DNA of 64,000 bases from an uncultured Chloroflexia bacterium (GTDB lineage: Bacteria; Chloroflexota; Limnocylindria; Limnocylindrales; CSP1-4): assembly GCA_963728605.1 (NCBI GenBank), contig CAVSKS010000009.1, forward strand, positions 599,317 through 663,316, read 5' to 3'. Numbering within the stretch: the first letter of the stretch is position 1; every line of letters begins with the position of its first letter. Shown here piece after piece: positions 44,720 to 54,888 of the stretch. The notes under the pieces were generated by a model that searched no databases, had not been told where the DNA came from, and worked only from the letters and a program-made list of their open reading frames with translations. A program made the position numbers and the translations under genes.

Positions 44720-45789
44720 CGATCTCGGGCACCGGAGCTGGACCGACGGGCCGCACCGGGGTCACCGTGCAGTTGCTCGACCTCCATCGCTCGTATGGCG
44801 CGGTCCACGCCCTCGACGGCCTGACCCTCGAGCTCGCGCCTGGCGAGCTGGTCGCCCTGCTCGGCCCATCTGGGTGTGGCAAGACGACCGCGCTGCGTGC
44901 GCTGGCCGGCCTCGACGATCCCGACGCCGGCCGGATCGTGGTCGATGGTCGAGACCTGACCAACGTCCCGGCCAACCACCGCGACATGGGCATGGTCTTC
45001 CAGGCCTACAGCCTGTTCCCGAACATGACGGCCCGCGACAACGTGGCCTACGGCCTGCGGCTCCGGGGCGTCGATGCCCAGGCCAGGCGGCGGCGGGCGG
45101 ACGAGATGCTCGATCTAGTCGGACTACTGGCACAGGGCGGCCGATACCCGTACCAGCTGTCCGGCGGTCAGCAGCAACGGATCGCCCTCGCTCGAGCCCT
45201 TGCGATCCAGCCCAAGGTGCTGCTCCTCGACGAGCCGCTGTCTGCGCTCGATGCCAAGGTGCGCCGCCAATTGCGCGAGGAGATCCGCCGGATCCAGATC
45301 GCGATCGGGACGACCACGCTGTTCGTCACCCACGACCAGGAGGAGGCGCTGGCGCTGGGCGATCGAGTCGGGGTCATGGCCGCCGGCCGACTCGAGCAGA
45401 TCGCGCCGCCGGCCGAGCTGTACGACCGGCCGCGGACGGCATTCGTGGCCGAGTTCGTGGGGCTCACGAACCGCCTCGAGGGCACGGTAAGCGACGGCAC
45501 GATCGAGCTCGTCGGACAACGCATCCCGCTGCTGGAAGGGTCGGCCGGACCGGGTCGGGTGACCGCGCTGGTTCGACCGGAGTCGGTCCGGCTGACACCC
45601 GAGGACGGCGCGCCGTCGCATGTCATCGCCGTGAGCTTCCTGGGATCGCTGTGTCGGGTGCAGGTCGCGCTCCCGGACGGGGCCCTGGTCGTCGCCCAGA
45701 CGTCCGCCGCCGAAGGGACCGCCATGGGCCCGGGCACGGCCGTTCGCGTGACCATCGACCCGTCGCCGATCTTCGCGACACCGGCCTGA
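44716..45789 (+). CDS. ABC transporter ATP-binding protein with C-terminal TOBE-like domain
   Basis: GPSGCGKTT Walker A. LSGGQQQRIALARAL signature. LLLDEPLSALD Walker B. Confidence 0.9.
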   Translation: MTISGTGAGPTGRTGVTVQLLDLHRSYGAVHALDGLTLELAPGELVALLGPSGCGKTTALRALAGLDDPDAGRIVVDGRDLTNVPANHRDMGMVFQAYSLFPNMTARDNVAYGLRLRGVDAQARRRRADEMLDLVGLLAQGGRYPYQLSGGQQQRIALARALAIQPKVLLLDEPLSALDAKVRRQLREEIRRIQIAIGTTTLFVTHDQEEALALGDRVGVMAAGRLEQIAPPAELYDRPRTAFVAEFVGLTNRLEGTVSDGTIELVGQRIPLLEGSAGPGRVTALVRPESVRLTPEDGAPSHVIAVSFLGSLCRVQVALPDGALVVAQTSAAEGTAMGPGTAVRVTIDPSPIFATPA

Positions 45790-46049
45790 CCGGGCTACCG
45801 GCCGATCATGACCATCGTGTGGCGGCTGCCGGCCCTCGCTGCTGTTGCCGGAGCGGCGGTCGGCTTCGTTCTTGTCGCGGTTCGGGCCCGCTGACGTCAA
45901 GGGCCCTGGCGGCCCCGGGGACACGAGCATCGTCGGCGTCCCTCGTTGAGTAGTACCTCGCCCACGACGATCGGCCCATGGGACGGCCCAATTGCCATCT
46001 GTACGCTCGCGATCATCGCAACATCGTCAAAAGAGGTCCTCCTTACCCC

Positions 46050-47879
46050 ATGTTCGGCACCGAGGCTCGGGTCCGCCGCCCGGTCCTCCTGATCCTCGTC
46101 CTGGGGGTCCTGCTCGTGCTGGTCGGGGTGACGGCAACGACCCAGACGATCATGGTCTCGAGCCACGCCTCGGCGTCGACGCTCGCGGCCATCGTGGACA
46201 GCGACGTCGCGACGGTTCGAGGCTTCGTCCACAACGGGCTCAAGGGGCTCGATCCGTCCTCACCTGACGCCGCAACGAGCCGCAGGATCGAGGGGTACCT
46301 CGCCACGCTGTTGGCAAAGGGCGGCATCGTCCGGGCGGAGATCCGAACGGTCGACGGCTGGCTCGTCGCCTCGAGCGCGGCCGATGGAGCGGGCCAAGCA
46401 GCTGTCGCGACGGAAAGCGGCGATTTCGAGGCTGCCGCGGCAGGGACCCCGCGCGTGACGATGGTCGACGGCGCCGCCGCCGACGCGACTGGCGCCCCGC
46501 TGCCCGCGCAGGTTGTCCGCGAGTACCTTCCGCTCCAGCGGAACGGGGAAACGCTGCTCGTCATCGGGCTCTGGCGCGACGCCGCACCCATCCTCGCGCG
46601 GCTCGAGGCCATGCGCCAGGAGATCGTCCTGGTGACCCTGTCCGGCGCCGTCGTCGCCGGGTTCGTGCTGTTGCTCGTCTTTGGCGCCGCCCAGCGGCGC
46701 ATCAACCGCCAGACCGATGCGCTGGTCGCTGTCGCGCAGCGGGACCCGCTGACCGATTCACTCAACCACGGCGCGCTGGTGGGCTACCTGGCCCGCGAGA
46801 TCGAGCGGGCTCGGTCGGCCGGTACGCCGATCGGCGTCGCGCTCGTCGACGTCGACGGCTTCCGTCTCCTCAACGAGACCCACGGCCACGAAGCCGGTGA
46901 TGACGTGCTCATCCGGGTCGTGGAGATCCTGCAGCAGGAGATGCCGGTCGATGTCGTCATCGGCCGATACGGACCTGACGAGTTCCTCGTGATCGCCGGT
47001 CAGAAGCATGTCGTCGACCTCGAGCCGGCGGTCCACCGACTGCAAGGCGCCCTGGCCGACCTGAGTCTCGAGTTCGCGGGCACGGAGCGGCTGCCGCTGA
47101 CGGTCAGTGCCGGCGTCTGCACGTTTCCGGAGCACGGCAGCTCCGTAACGGAGCTCCTGTCGACGGCCGCAGCGACGCTCCATGAAGCTCGCTCGAGTGG
47201 CGGGGATGCCGTCCGCGTGGCTGGTGACGACTCGACGCAGCGCGTCCCGGGCGCGTCCACCTTCGACGTGTTCCAGGGCCTCATCCTGGCGGTGGACGCC
47301 AAGGATCGGTACACCAAGCGCCACTCGGAGGACGTCTCGCGATACGGCATGTTCCTGGCCCATCTGCTGGGGCTCGACGCCGAGACGATCGAGACCGTCC
47401 GGCTGGCTGGATTGCTCCACGACGTCGGCAAGATCGGTATCCCCGACGGCATCCTCCGGAAGCCAGCCCGACTCACGGCTGCCGAATACGCCGTCGTCAA
47501 ACAGCACGTCGCGCTTGGCGACATGATCGTCCGCGACCTGCCCGGCGTCGACGACATCCGAGCCGGCATCCGCCACCACCACGAACGGTGGGACGGTCGC
47601 GGCTACTTGACGGGGCTCGCCGGCGAGGAAATCCCGCTCGTCGCCCGCATCCTGTCCGTTGGTGACGCCTTCTCGGCGATGACGACGACGCGGCCGTACC
47701 GCAAGGCACTGTCAATTCGCGAGGCGCTTTCACGGCTGGGCGACGCCGCGGGCACGCAGCTCGAGGAAGGCCTGGTGGCCGCGTTCATCACCGGCATCGA
47801 GTCGGCCCCGGATGCGCCGCTGCCGGGCGCGGACCTGCCGTCGATCGCGGTCTGGAGCCTGGGACGGAGGGTCGCCTGA
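46050..47879 (+). CDS. membrane-anchored signalling protein: degenerate GGDEF domain plus HD-GYP phosphodiesterase domain
   Basis: N-terminal TM helix. GGDEF-like region in which the motif reads RYGPDEF. HD-GYP motifs HDVGKIGIP...[10 protein letters not shown]. Confidence 0.85.
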   Translation: MFGTEARVRRPVLLILVLGVLLVLVGVTATTQTIMVSSHASASTLAAIVDSDVATVRGFVHNGLKGLDPSSPDAATSRRIEGYLATLLAKGGIVRAEIRTVDGWLVASSAADGAGQAAVATESGDFEAAAAGTPRVTMVDGAAADATGAPLPAQVVREYLPLQRNGETLLVIGLWRDAAPILARLEAMRQEIVLVTLSGAVVAGFVLLLVFGAAQRRINRQTDALVAVAQRDPLTDSLNHGALVGYLAREIERARSAGTPIGVALVDVDGFRLLNETHGHEAGDDVLIRVVEILQQEMPVDVVIGRYGPDEFLVIAGQKHVVDLEPAVHRLQGALADLSLEFAGTERLPLTVSAGVCTFPEHGSSVTELLSTAAATLHEARSSGGDAVRVAGDDSTQRVPGASTFDVFQGLILAVDAKDRYTKRHSEDVSRYGMFLAHLLGLDAETIETVRLAGLLHDVGKIGIPDGILRKPARLTAAEYAVVKQHVALGDMIVRDLPGVDDIRAGIRHHHERWDGRGYLTGLAGEEIPLVARILSVGDAFSAMTTTRPYRKALSIREALSRLGDAAGTQLEEGLVAAFITGIESAPDAPLPGADLPSIAVWSLGRRVA

Positions 47880-49064
47880 TGGGACCTCGGCGGGCGCGTT
47901 GGGCGGTCGCCGCGGTGGTCGGGCTGGCCGCGGTGGCGGCTCCTGGGGTCGTCCTGGCAGGCCGCGCCTGGACGTTGAGCGCCTCGCCGACCGTCATGAC
48001 GACCGGACAGCCAACGGCGATCACCCTCAGCGTCCAGAACGTCGGCGGCGACGGCGGTGGCGACGAGATCACGTGCGTCATTGTCGACATCCCAGGCTCG
48101 TTCGCGATCAGCGGCGCGTCGATCGTCTCGGTCAAGGGCCAGACGTCGGCCGCGATCCATGGCTGGGTGGTGATTCGGCAAGGCTCGACCATCGGGTTCA
48201 AGAACCCGTCCGACAACAATCCGTTGATCGGCATGCCGGTTGGCGACGGGGCCACGTTCCGGGTAACCGGCACGGCAACGACCGTCGGCAGCCAGACGTG
48301 GTCCGGTGTCGCGTATGACAAGCCCGGGAGCAGCGGGAATCTGGACTGCGGATCTGGCACGTTCCCGACGCGCACGGTGACGCTGACAGCGACGGCCCCT
48401 GGGCCTACACCCACCCCAACGCCCACGCCGACCCCGACACCAACGCCCACGCCGACCCCGACACCAACGCCCACGCCGACCCCGACACCGACGCCGACGC
48501 CTACGCCTACGCCGAAGCCGACGCCGACACCGCGCCCGACCTCCACGCCACGCCCGACACTGACACCGACACCGGCCCCGACAGCGACGTCGACGCCGAG
48601 TCCGACGGCGACGCCGACCACGCCGCCCTCCCCCACCCCGCTGCCTGCCAGCCCGCGTCCTGGTGCTCCAACCGCGGCGCCATCCGGGGCGCCGGCCGGG
48701 TCCGTCCCAACCGCGACGCCGGACCCGGCGGCCGTTCCGGCGGCGTCGGCCGCCCCGGTCGATGACGACCCGGCGGACCTTGCTGTGGGACGTTGGCGCG
48801 GACCGACCGCGCAACGACGGCGGTTCCACCGGAGGCGGAGGCGACGACTTGCTCGTGGACGCCGCTGCGACCGCGCTCCTCCTCGAGCTCGGGATCGAGA
48901 ACTGGACCGTGCCGGCCGTCGCACTGGGTGTCCCGGGGTTGTTGCTGATCCTGGGTGTCGCGCTTCAGGTCATCGGTGGTGCCGCGTGGATCCCGGTCGC
49001 CCGCCGGTCGATGGCTGGCGTCGGGGTTCGGGATCGAAGCAGGACGTCCGCCAAAAATCGCTGA
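47879..49064 (+). CDS. secreted surface protein with PT-repeat linker and C-terminal hydrophobic anchor; apparent +1 frameshift near 48760
   Basis: Signal peptide. (PT)n linker at 48407-48540. Third-position GC bias switches frame at about 48755-48765. Downstream frame encodes [25 protein letters not shown]...[34 protein letters not shown] (TM segment plus basic tail). Confidence 0.55.
48407..48640 (+). repeat. low-complexity Pro/Thr-rich coding repeat (PTPTPT... linker)
   Basis: Tandem ccgaccccgaca and ccaacgcccacg units. Confidence 0.7.
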
Positions 49065-49178
49065 CTCGAGTGCGGACCGGGAGCAGGCCCGGTCCTCCGG
49101 AACGTTGTGCTCTGTCACACGGCTGCAAGCCGCGACGCCCGCTAGGCCGCCGCTCGAACGCCAAACCTCCGGTGCAAT

Positions 49179-49904
49179 TTGCGGATGAGCACGCTTACGG
49201 CGGTCGCATCGCCTGCGCCAACGCCCGTTGTCCGTCCCGACTTCGGCCCGGCGGAGGCCACGGCCACGCCCCCGACGCCGGGCGAGCTCGCCTGGGTTGC
49301 GGCGATCACCGCTGCGAAGGCGACGGTCATCGTCCTCGCCATTGACGCGTTTCTGAACTCGGACGCACCTCGCTACCACGGCAAGGGCATGAAGCTTCGG
49401 GCCGTCGGCTACGCGGGCGGGATGCTGCTTGCGCCGCTGGCCTGGCGCATCCGCGGCCGGCGGGATCCCTACCCCCGGGCGCTCGACCTCGCGATCACCC
49501 TGCCGCTTCTGGTCGACGCCGGCGGCAACGCCGCGGGCATCTACCATCGTGCCCACGTCGACGACCTGATCCACTTCGCGGATGGGGCGCTGGTGTCGTC
49601 GGTGTTCGGGGCGCTCGCGACGCCGCGGGTCAGGACCCCGTGGGAAGCTGCGGGTGCGGGCGTGGCCGCTGGCGGGATGTTCGCCGGGCTGTGGGAGATC
49701 GGCGAGTGGATCGGACTCAAGCTGGGTGCAACGGGGATGAACCTGTCGTACGACGACACGATGGTCGACCTCGCCGAGACGATCGGCGGCGCCGTCCTCG
49801 GTGGCCTGGTAACCCTGCTTCGCCATCCGTCGCGGCTGCGCCGGATCCCAGGCGGTCGGGGCGATCCTGTGGTCGAGCTCCGCGGTGACCACCGCCGGGG
49901 CTGA
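49179..49904 (+). CDS. hypothetical polytopic membrane protein
   Basis: Several hydrophobic helices. No known domain. Confidence 0.5.
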   Translation: MRMSTLTAVASPAPTPVVRPDFGPAEATATPPTPGELAWVAAITAAKATVIVLAIDAFLNSDAPRYHGKGMKLRAVGYAGGMLLAPLAWRIRGRRDPYPRALDLAITLPLLVDAGGNAAGIYHRAHVDDLIHFADGALVSSVFGALATPRVRTPWEAAGAGVAAGGMFAGLWEIGEWIGLKLGATGMNLSYDDTMVDLAETIGGAVLGGLVTLLRHPSRLRRIPGGRGDPVVELRGDHRRG

Positions 49905-50724
49905 TCCGGCGGCGGGTGATCCCGACACGATCGATCTGCGGTTCGTCGGCCATGCGACCACGCTGATCGCGGTCGCGGGCCTTCGGATCCTCACCGACCC
50001 GTTCCTGCGCGACCGGCTGGGGCCGTTGGAACGCCACGGTCCCCTCCCCGACCCGGTGAACCTTGGCCGGGTCGACGTCGTCCTGATTTCGCACGGCCAT
50101 GCCGATCACTTCGATCGGGAGTCACTGTCGGCCATCGGCGGCCATCCGATCGTGATCGTTCCGCGTGGCCTCGGCCGCGCCGCGCGACGGTGGATCGACG
50201 CCGACGTCCGCGAGATGGCGACGGGAGAGCGACAGGGGTTCGGCGACCTGTCGATAGAGGCGGTCCCTGCCCGACACTGGGTCACGCCAGGAGCTGCAAG
50301 GGCCGAGCCGCAGGGCTACCTCGTCGACCCTGGACGCTCCGGGCCGCGCATCTGGTTCGCCGGCGATACCGGCCGCCTGCCTGCCGACCGGCGGCCGTCG
50401 GGCTCGATCGACCTGGCCTTGCTGCCCGTCTGGACCTGGGGTCCGCATCGCGGGCCCGGTCACCTGGGCCCCAAATCGGCCGCGGAGATGCTGCGCGACG
50501 TCGACGCCAGGGTCGCGGTCCCGATCCACTGGGGCACCCTGTACCCGCGGCGCCTCCACCGCGTGTGGAAGGCGCCGCTGACGGAACCCGGCGATCGGTT
50601 CGCCCGCCACGCCGCCAGCCTGGCGCCGCGCGCGGATGTTCGGGTCCTCCGGCCCGGAGATTCGACGACGATCCGGTTCGGCGCCAGAGGCGGGGCCAGG
50701 GCCAACACCACAACCCGTCGCTGA
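49885..50724 (+). CDS. MBL-fold metallo-hydrolase
   Basis: VVLISHGHADHFD motif (HxHxDH). Confidence 0.8.
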   Translation: MTTAGADPAAGDPDTIDLRFVGHATTLIAVAGLRILTDPFLRDRLGPLERHGPLPDPVNLGRVDVVLISHGHADHFDRESLSAIGGHPIVIVPRGLGRAARRWIDADVREMATGERQGFGDLSIEAVPARHWVTPGAARAEPQGYLVDPGRSGPRIWFAGDTGRLPADRRPSGSIDLALLPVWTWGPHRGPGHLGPKSAAEMLRDVDARVAVPIHWGTLYPRRLHRVWKAPLTEPGDRFARHAASLAPRADVRVLRPGDSTTIRFGARGGARANTTTRR

Positions 50725-50754
50725 GTCGCCAGCAGGCTGACTCCACGAGCGCGG

Positions 50755-51831
50755 TTGTCACCGCCACCAATGCCACGTGCCCGCATGCGCCCGTTCACTG
50801 GTACCGTCGCAAGCATGGGACTTGGTTTTGGGTTGCTCAGCGCCCAGCGTCGCCCAGGTGAAGCCGACTGGACGCGGGCCTACGACGACACGATCCGCCT
50901 CGCCGTCGAAGCCGAGCGACTTGGCTTCACGTCCGTCTGGACGACCGAGCACCACTTCGTCGACGACGGGTACATGCCCTCGCTCCTCGTCGTCAGCGCG
51001 GCGCTCGCGCAGGCCACGTCGCGGATCGAGATCGGCACGGGGGTCATCCTCGCGCCGATGCACCAGCCGCTCCGGCTGGCGGAGGACGCGGCGACCGTCG
51101 GGCTGCTGAGCCACGGCCGGCTGGTGCTCGGACTCGGACTCGGCTGGTCAGAGGTCGAATACGTGGGGCTCGGCGCCGACATGCGCCAGCGCGGCGCGGC
51201 GATGGAGGAGGTCCTCCAGATCCTGCCGCAGGCCTGGAGCGGCCAGCCGTTCACCCACAAGGGCAAGGTCTACGACCTGCCGACCCTCGGCGTGCGGCCG
51301 ACGCCGCCGACCCGGATCCCGATCGTCATCGGCGGTGGCGCCGAGGCGGCCATCCGCCGCGCCGCCCGTCTCGCCGACGGCCTCTTCTCGAACGCGCCGG
51401 CCGAGAAGTTCGTGGAGCAGGTCGGCTGGGTGCTCGACGAATTCGAGCGGGCCGGTCGCGACCCGTCGACGTTTCGGTTCATCCACTACTCGATCCTGCT
51501 GCCCGGGGCGTCGCGCGAGGACGCACTCGCCCGCTACCGCGACGCAGTGTGGGCGCTGAACTGGAAGTACTCGGACATGGAGGCCTCGGCCACACGGCCC
51601 CTCCCGCCGTCCTCCCCGCCCCCGTTCAAGCGTCCGGACGACGAGCTCCTCAAGCGCAGAACCGCCCATGCCGGTACGACCGACGAGCTGGTCCAGGTGC
51701 TGCTCGACATTCGGAAGCAGGCGCCGGTCCAGGTGGAGTTCGTGGCCCGGAGCCACCTCCCGATGCTGGAGTACGACGCGCAGCTCGAGCTGATGCAGCA
51801 GCTGGCCGAGGGCGTCGCGCCGCACGTCTGA
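50755..51831 (+). CDS. LLM-class F420/flavin-dependent oxidoreductase
   Basis: FTSVWTTEHHF...GRLVLGLGLGW are luciferase-like monooxygenase motifs. Confidence 0.85.
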   Translation: MSPPPMPRARMRPFTGTVASMGLGFGLLSAQRRPGEADWTRAYDDTIRLAVEAERLGFTSVWTTEHHFVDDGYMPSLLVVSAALAQATSRIEIGTGVILAPMHQPLRLAEDAATVGLLSHGRLVLGLGLGWSEVEYVGLGADMRQRGAAMEEVLQILPQAWSGQPFTHKGKVYDLPTLGVRPTPPTRIPIVIGGGAEAAIRRAARLADGLFSNAPAEKFVEQVGWVLDEFERAGRDPSTFRFIHYSILLPGASREDALARYRDAVWALNWKYSDMEASATRPLPPSSPPPFKRPDDELLKRRTAHAGTTDELVQVLLDIRKQAPVQVEFVARSHLPMLEYDAQLELMQQLAEGVAPHV

Positions 51832-51978
51832 CGGTTCACGCGGCCTTCGGCGGGTCTATGATCGTCCGAACGGCTCGCACGGACGGAGGCGATGGACGAG
51901 TCCCACCGGCACCTGTTCACCCCCCAGAACTGGTGACTCATTCCGTATCTGGCCCAGTTCGGGCTGACGGAACGAGAC

Positions 51979-52240
51979 GTGGATGCGGCGAGCAAGCCGA
52001 TCAGGAACTACCTCTTCGACCAGTACGTGCGGGCTTGTGGCTTCACGCCGACTGATTCGTGGGTCTTCATCGTCCGTCCGACCGGAGATTGCGACCTCCA
52101 CCCACTCGAGGCCGGAGAACGCCGATGGTGCTGTGAGGACAGGAAGCGGCTCGCGGCGGAGGTCGGCACCGCGCCAACGGTGGGCAACCCGCCCTGGGCT
52201 CAGGACCAGCAGGTCATATCGACGGCGTTCGGCAATCAGC
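51979..52240 (+). CDS. small hypothetical protein upstream of the RiPP-like precursor (uncertain)
   Basis: High third-position GC for about 85 codons: MDAASKPIRNYLFDQYVRACGFTPTDSWVFIVRPTGDCDLHPLEAGERRWCCEDRKRLAAEVG. The track ORF (51979..52308) runs on into the precursor start; the end here is set at 52240, just before the precursor SD and ATG. Confidence 0.3.
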
Positions 52241-52252
52241 ATGGAGGTGGAC

Positions 52253-52447
52253 ATGAACTCCGCGGAACCTCAGACGCCCTCGGCTGCTGTACCAGAGAAG
52301 TCTCCTGACGCGTCGGCGCTGGATGCGCGCCTCCGCGGGCTTGCGGATGCCGACCTGGAGCTGATGCGCGGCGACGCCCGTGACAGTGGCGATTTCGACA
52401 ACAGCTTCGACAACAGCTTCGACAACAGTTACCACGGCGACGGCTAG
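52253..52447 (+). CDS. candidate RiPP precursor peptide (64 aa) ending in three FDNS repeats
   Basis: GGAGGTG 5 nt before the ATG. MNSAEPQTPSAAVPEKSPDASALDARLRGLADADLELMRGDARDSGDFDNSFDNSFDNSYHGDG. Third-position GC across the repeat supports this frame rather than the overlapping Ser/Thr-rich frame. Confidence 0.5.
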   Translation: MNSAEPQTPSAAVPEKSPDASALDARLRGLADADLELMRGDARDSGDFDNSFDNSFDNSYHGDG

Positions 52448-53603
52448 CCACGCGCCAGGGCGGAGCGCCGCCCTGAAGCTGCTGGTCGTCCAGCCGACGG
52501 CGCTCTGCAACCTGGACTGCGCCTACTGCTACGTGCCGGATCGTCTCGACGCGCGGCGCGTGCCGATGGCGCTCCTCGAGAAGCTCCTCGTGGCCCTCAA
52601 GGGCTCGCGCCTCGCCCGGGACCAGCGCGAGCTCAAGATGCTCTGGCACGCCGGCGAGCCGCTGGCGGCTGGGATCGGCTTCTACACCGAGGCATTTGCG
52701 CTGGTTGAGCGCGTGGTCGGCAGGCGGTGGCGAATGCGCCATTCCATCCAGACGAACGGCACCCTCGTCACGCCCGAGTGGTGCGAGCTGTTCCGCGACC
52801 GGCACGTCGCGATCGGCGTTTCGCTGGACGGGCCGGCCGAGTTCCACGACGCCAACAGGAAATCCCGGTCGGGTCGAGGCTCGTTTGCCCAGGCAATGCG
52901 GGGCGTCGAGGTCCTTAGAGACCACGACATCTCGCCGAGCGTCCTCAGCGTGCTCACCTCGGAGAGCATTGACGCGCCGGACGAGATGTTCGACTTCTTC
53001 TACGAGCGGGGTTTCCGGCGGGTCGCGTTCAACGTCGAGGAAATCGAGGGACCGAACCTCCAATCGTCGCTGATGCCAGAAGCCGAGGGCATGGTCGCTG
53101 CCCGAACTCGATATCGCGCCTTCATGGCGAGAATCGCCTGGCGGAATCAGCAGCTCGGCTGGCCCCTTCAGATCCGGGAGTTCGGGAATCTGGCGCGTCT
53201 GGTGACGCGACGTCGCCAGGACGTCAGCTTCACGCCAGTCGCCGCCGAACGACAGGCTGGCGCGATCCTGACGATGACCAGGGACGGCGTGCTGTACTCG
53301 TGGTCCCCTGAGCTTGCTTCCGATCCTGCCGGCGCCTTGGGTCGCTATGCCCTGGGCAATATCAACGACGTGATGACCGTCGACGAGTTGCTCGACACGG
53401 CAAGGGCCAGGGAGCTCCAGGACGAGATCGACCGCGGCATCCAGATGTGTCGGCAGACGTGTGCCTATTTCGGGGTTTGCGGTGGCGGATCGCCCGGCAA
53501 CAAGGCCTACGAGCGAGGGACGTTCGCGACGACCGAGACACTCAAATGTGCCCTTCAGACGCAGGAACTGACCGAGGTCATGCTGGACACGTTCGCCAAC
53601 TGA
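52380..53603 (+). CDS. radical SAM enzyme with C-terminal Cys-rich (SPASM/twitch-type) domain, anSME-like; start uncertain
   Basis: CNLDCAYCY (Cx3Cx2C) at the N-terminus. C-terminal CRQTCAYFGVCGGG...C. No canonical start codon between the precursor stop (52445-52447) and the Cys motif other than CTG at 52473. GTG at 52380 would overlap the precursor by 68 nt. Confidence 0.8.
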   Translation: MTVAISTTASTTASTTVTTATASHAPGRSAALKLLVVQPTALCNLDCAYCYVPDRLDARRVPMALLEKLLVALKGSRLARDQRELKMLWHAGEPLAAGIGFYTEAFALVERVVGRRWRMRHSIQTNGTLVTPEWCELFRDRHVAIGVSLDGPAEFHDANRKSRSGRGSFAQAMRGVEVLRDHDISPSVLSVLTSESIDAPDEMFDFFYERGFRRVAFNVEEIEGPNLQSSLMPEAEGMVAARTRYRAFMARIAWRNQQLGWPLQIREFGNLARLVTRRRQDVSFTPVAAERQAGAILTMTRDGVLYSWSPELASDPAGALGRYALGNINDVMTVDELLDTARARELQDEIDRGIQMCRQTCAYFGVCGGGSPGNKAYERGTFATTETLKCALQTQELTEVMLDTFAN

Positions 53604-53658
53604 CACGCCGCACCGGTGACGGACACGACGGTCCTGGTCACGGCAATATTCCTGTTGT

Positions 53659-54097
53659 ATGGCCCACTACGAGCTTTCAGTCCACGTCGCGGCGCCGGTC
53701 GAGCGACGTCTTCGCGCTGTGGACGAACCTCCAGCGCATGGGCGAGTGGGTCGGCGGGGTCACCGGCGTGACCGACGTGTCCGGACCGGTCGATCGAGTC
53801 GGCACTACCTACGTCGTCCATTTCGGGCCGCTGAAGAGTCCAACCGAGGTCCTCGAGGCGGATCCGCCGCGGCGCTTCGGCACCCGGTTCGGCAGCTGGA
53901 TTCTTCGGGGCCGATCCACTGCCACCTTCGTAGCCGACGGCGACGGGACCCGGGTCACGCAGGAATTCGAGACCGTCGGCCTGATATCGGCCATCTCGTC
54001 CTGGATCTTCTCGCGAGGCTCCTATGAGGGCAGCTTCCGCGGCGAGCTCGAGAAGTTCGCCCGGATCGCCGAGCGCGAGGCGGGCACGTCGCGCTGA
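53659..54097 (+). CDS. SRPBCC-family protein carrying a single-base frameshift near 53706
   Basis: Frame 1 reads MAHYELSVHVAAPVER, then frame 2 reads SSDVFALWTNLQRMGEWVGG...SRGSYEGSFRGELEKFARIAE. Deleting the A at 53706 gives the continuous sequence APVERVFALW. Confidence 0.55.
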
Positions 54098-54119
54098 TCC
54101 GAGGCAGGAAGGATCGACG

Positions 54120-54734
54120 ATGATCAAGCTCTGGAGCGAGTTGCCGCGAGCTCGGGCACGAGAGCAGGTCGCGGACGTGGCCACGCTGGTCTGGGTCGTG
54201 TTCTGGGGCAACATCGTCTGGCAGCTGTTCCAGTTCCTGGTGGGATTCGCCGCCGCCGGCCGGGCGGTCCGCGACGGGGGCGACACCATGATCACGAACG
54301 GTGTGGACCTTGGCGAGTCCCTCAGCGGCCTGCCATTGGTGGGGTCGCAGGTCCGCGACCTGACCCAGCGCGCCTTCGCCGGCGCCGGCCGCCCGCTGTC
54401 CGACCTCGGCACGGACCTCGAGCAGTTCGTCATCGTCGTGGCGGTCGTGATCGCGGTGCTGTTCGCCCTGGTGACGATCGGGCCATGGCTCAACCGATAC
54501 CTGCCCTGGCGGCTCGATCGCCTGCGGCGCCTGCGGTCGGCGCATCGGGCCGTGCGGGTAGCGCCGAGCCTGGCCAACGCCTCAATGGACCAGCTGCTCG
54601 CGCTGCGGGCCGTGACGCGCCTCGACTACCCGACCCTTCTCGAGTTCACGCCCGACCCGCTCGGGGACTGGGCGGCCGGCCGCCACGACCGGCTGGCGCG
54701 CGCCGAGCTGGCCAGCGTCGGACTGCGGCCCTGA
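54120..54734 (+). CDS. hypothetical membrane protein
   Basis: AGGAAGGA ribosome-binding site. Two TM helices (VATLVWVVFWGNIVWQLFQFLVGFAAAG, FVIVVAVVIAVLFALVTIGPWL). Confidence 0.55.
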   Translation: MIKLWSELPRARAREQVADVATLVWVVFWGNIVWQLFQFLVGFAAAGRAVRDGGDTMITNGVDLGESLSGLPLVGSQVRDLTQRAFAGAGRPLSDLGTDLEQFVIVVAVVIAVLFALVTIGPWLNRYLPWRLDRLRRLRSAHRAVRVAPSLANASMDQLLALRAVTRLDYPTLLEFTPDPLGDWAAGRHDRLARAELASVGLRP

Positions 54735-54888
54735 TGAGCGGTCTCGGGTCGGTGGTTCCCTGCCGTCGCCTACCCGCCAGGTGACTGGTAAGCGAAGAAT
54801 CAGCGGCTGCCAGCGCGTGCGCTGACTCCGGCCACGCACCGACGCCTCGCAAGACGAGGACGGCGGGACCATGGGACTCGCATATCAG

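Noticed and set aside
52380-52470. Ser/Thr-rich N-terminal extension MTVAISTTASTTASTTVTTATAS on the radical SAM enzyme
   Set aside because: It is the alternate reading frame of the FDNS-repeat DNA. Third-position GC is low in this frame and high in the precursor frame. The true radical SAM start is probably downstream (CTG at 52473) or translationally coupled.
52380-53603. Radical SAM enzyme as an anaerobic sulfatase-maturating enzyme
   Set aside because: No sulfatase gene (C/S-x-P-x-R) in the vicinity. It has fewer auxiliary Cys than a full SPASM domain, and its immediate neighbour is a repeat-containing small peptide.
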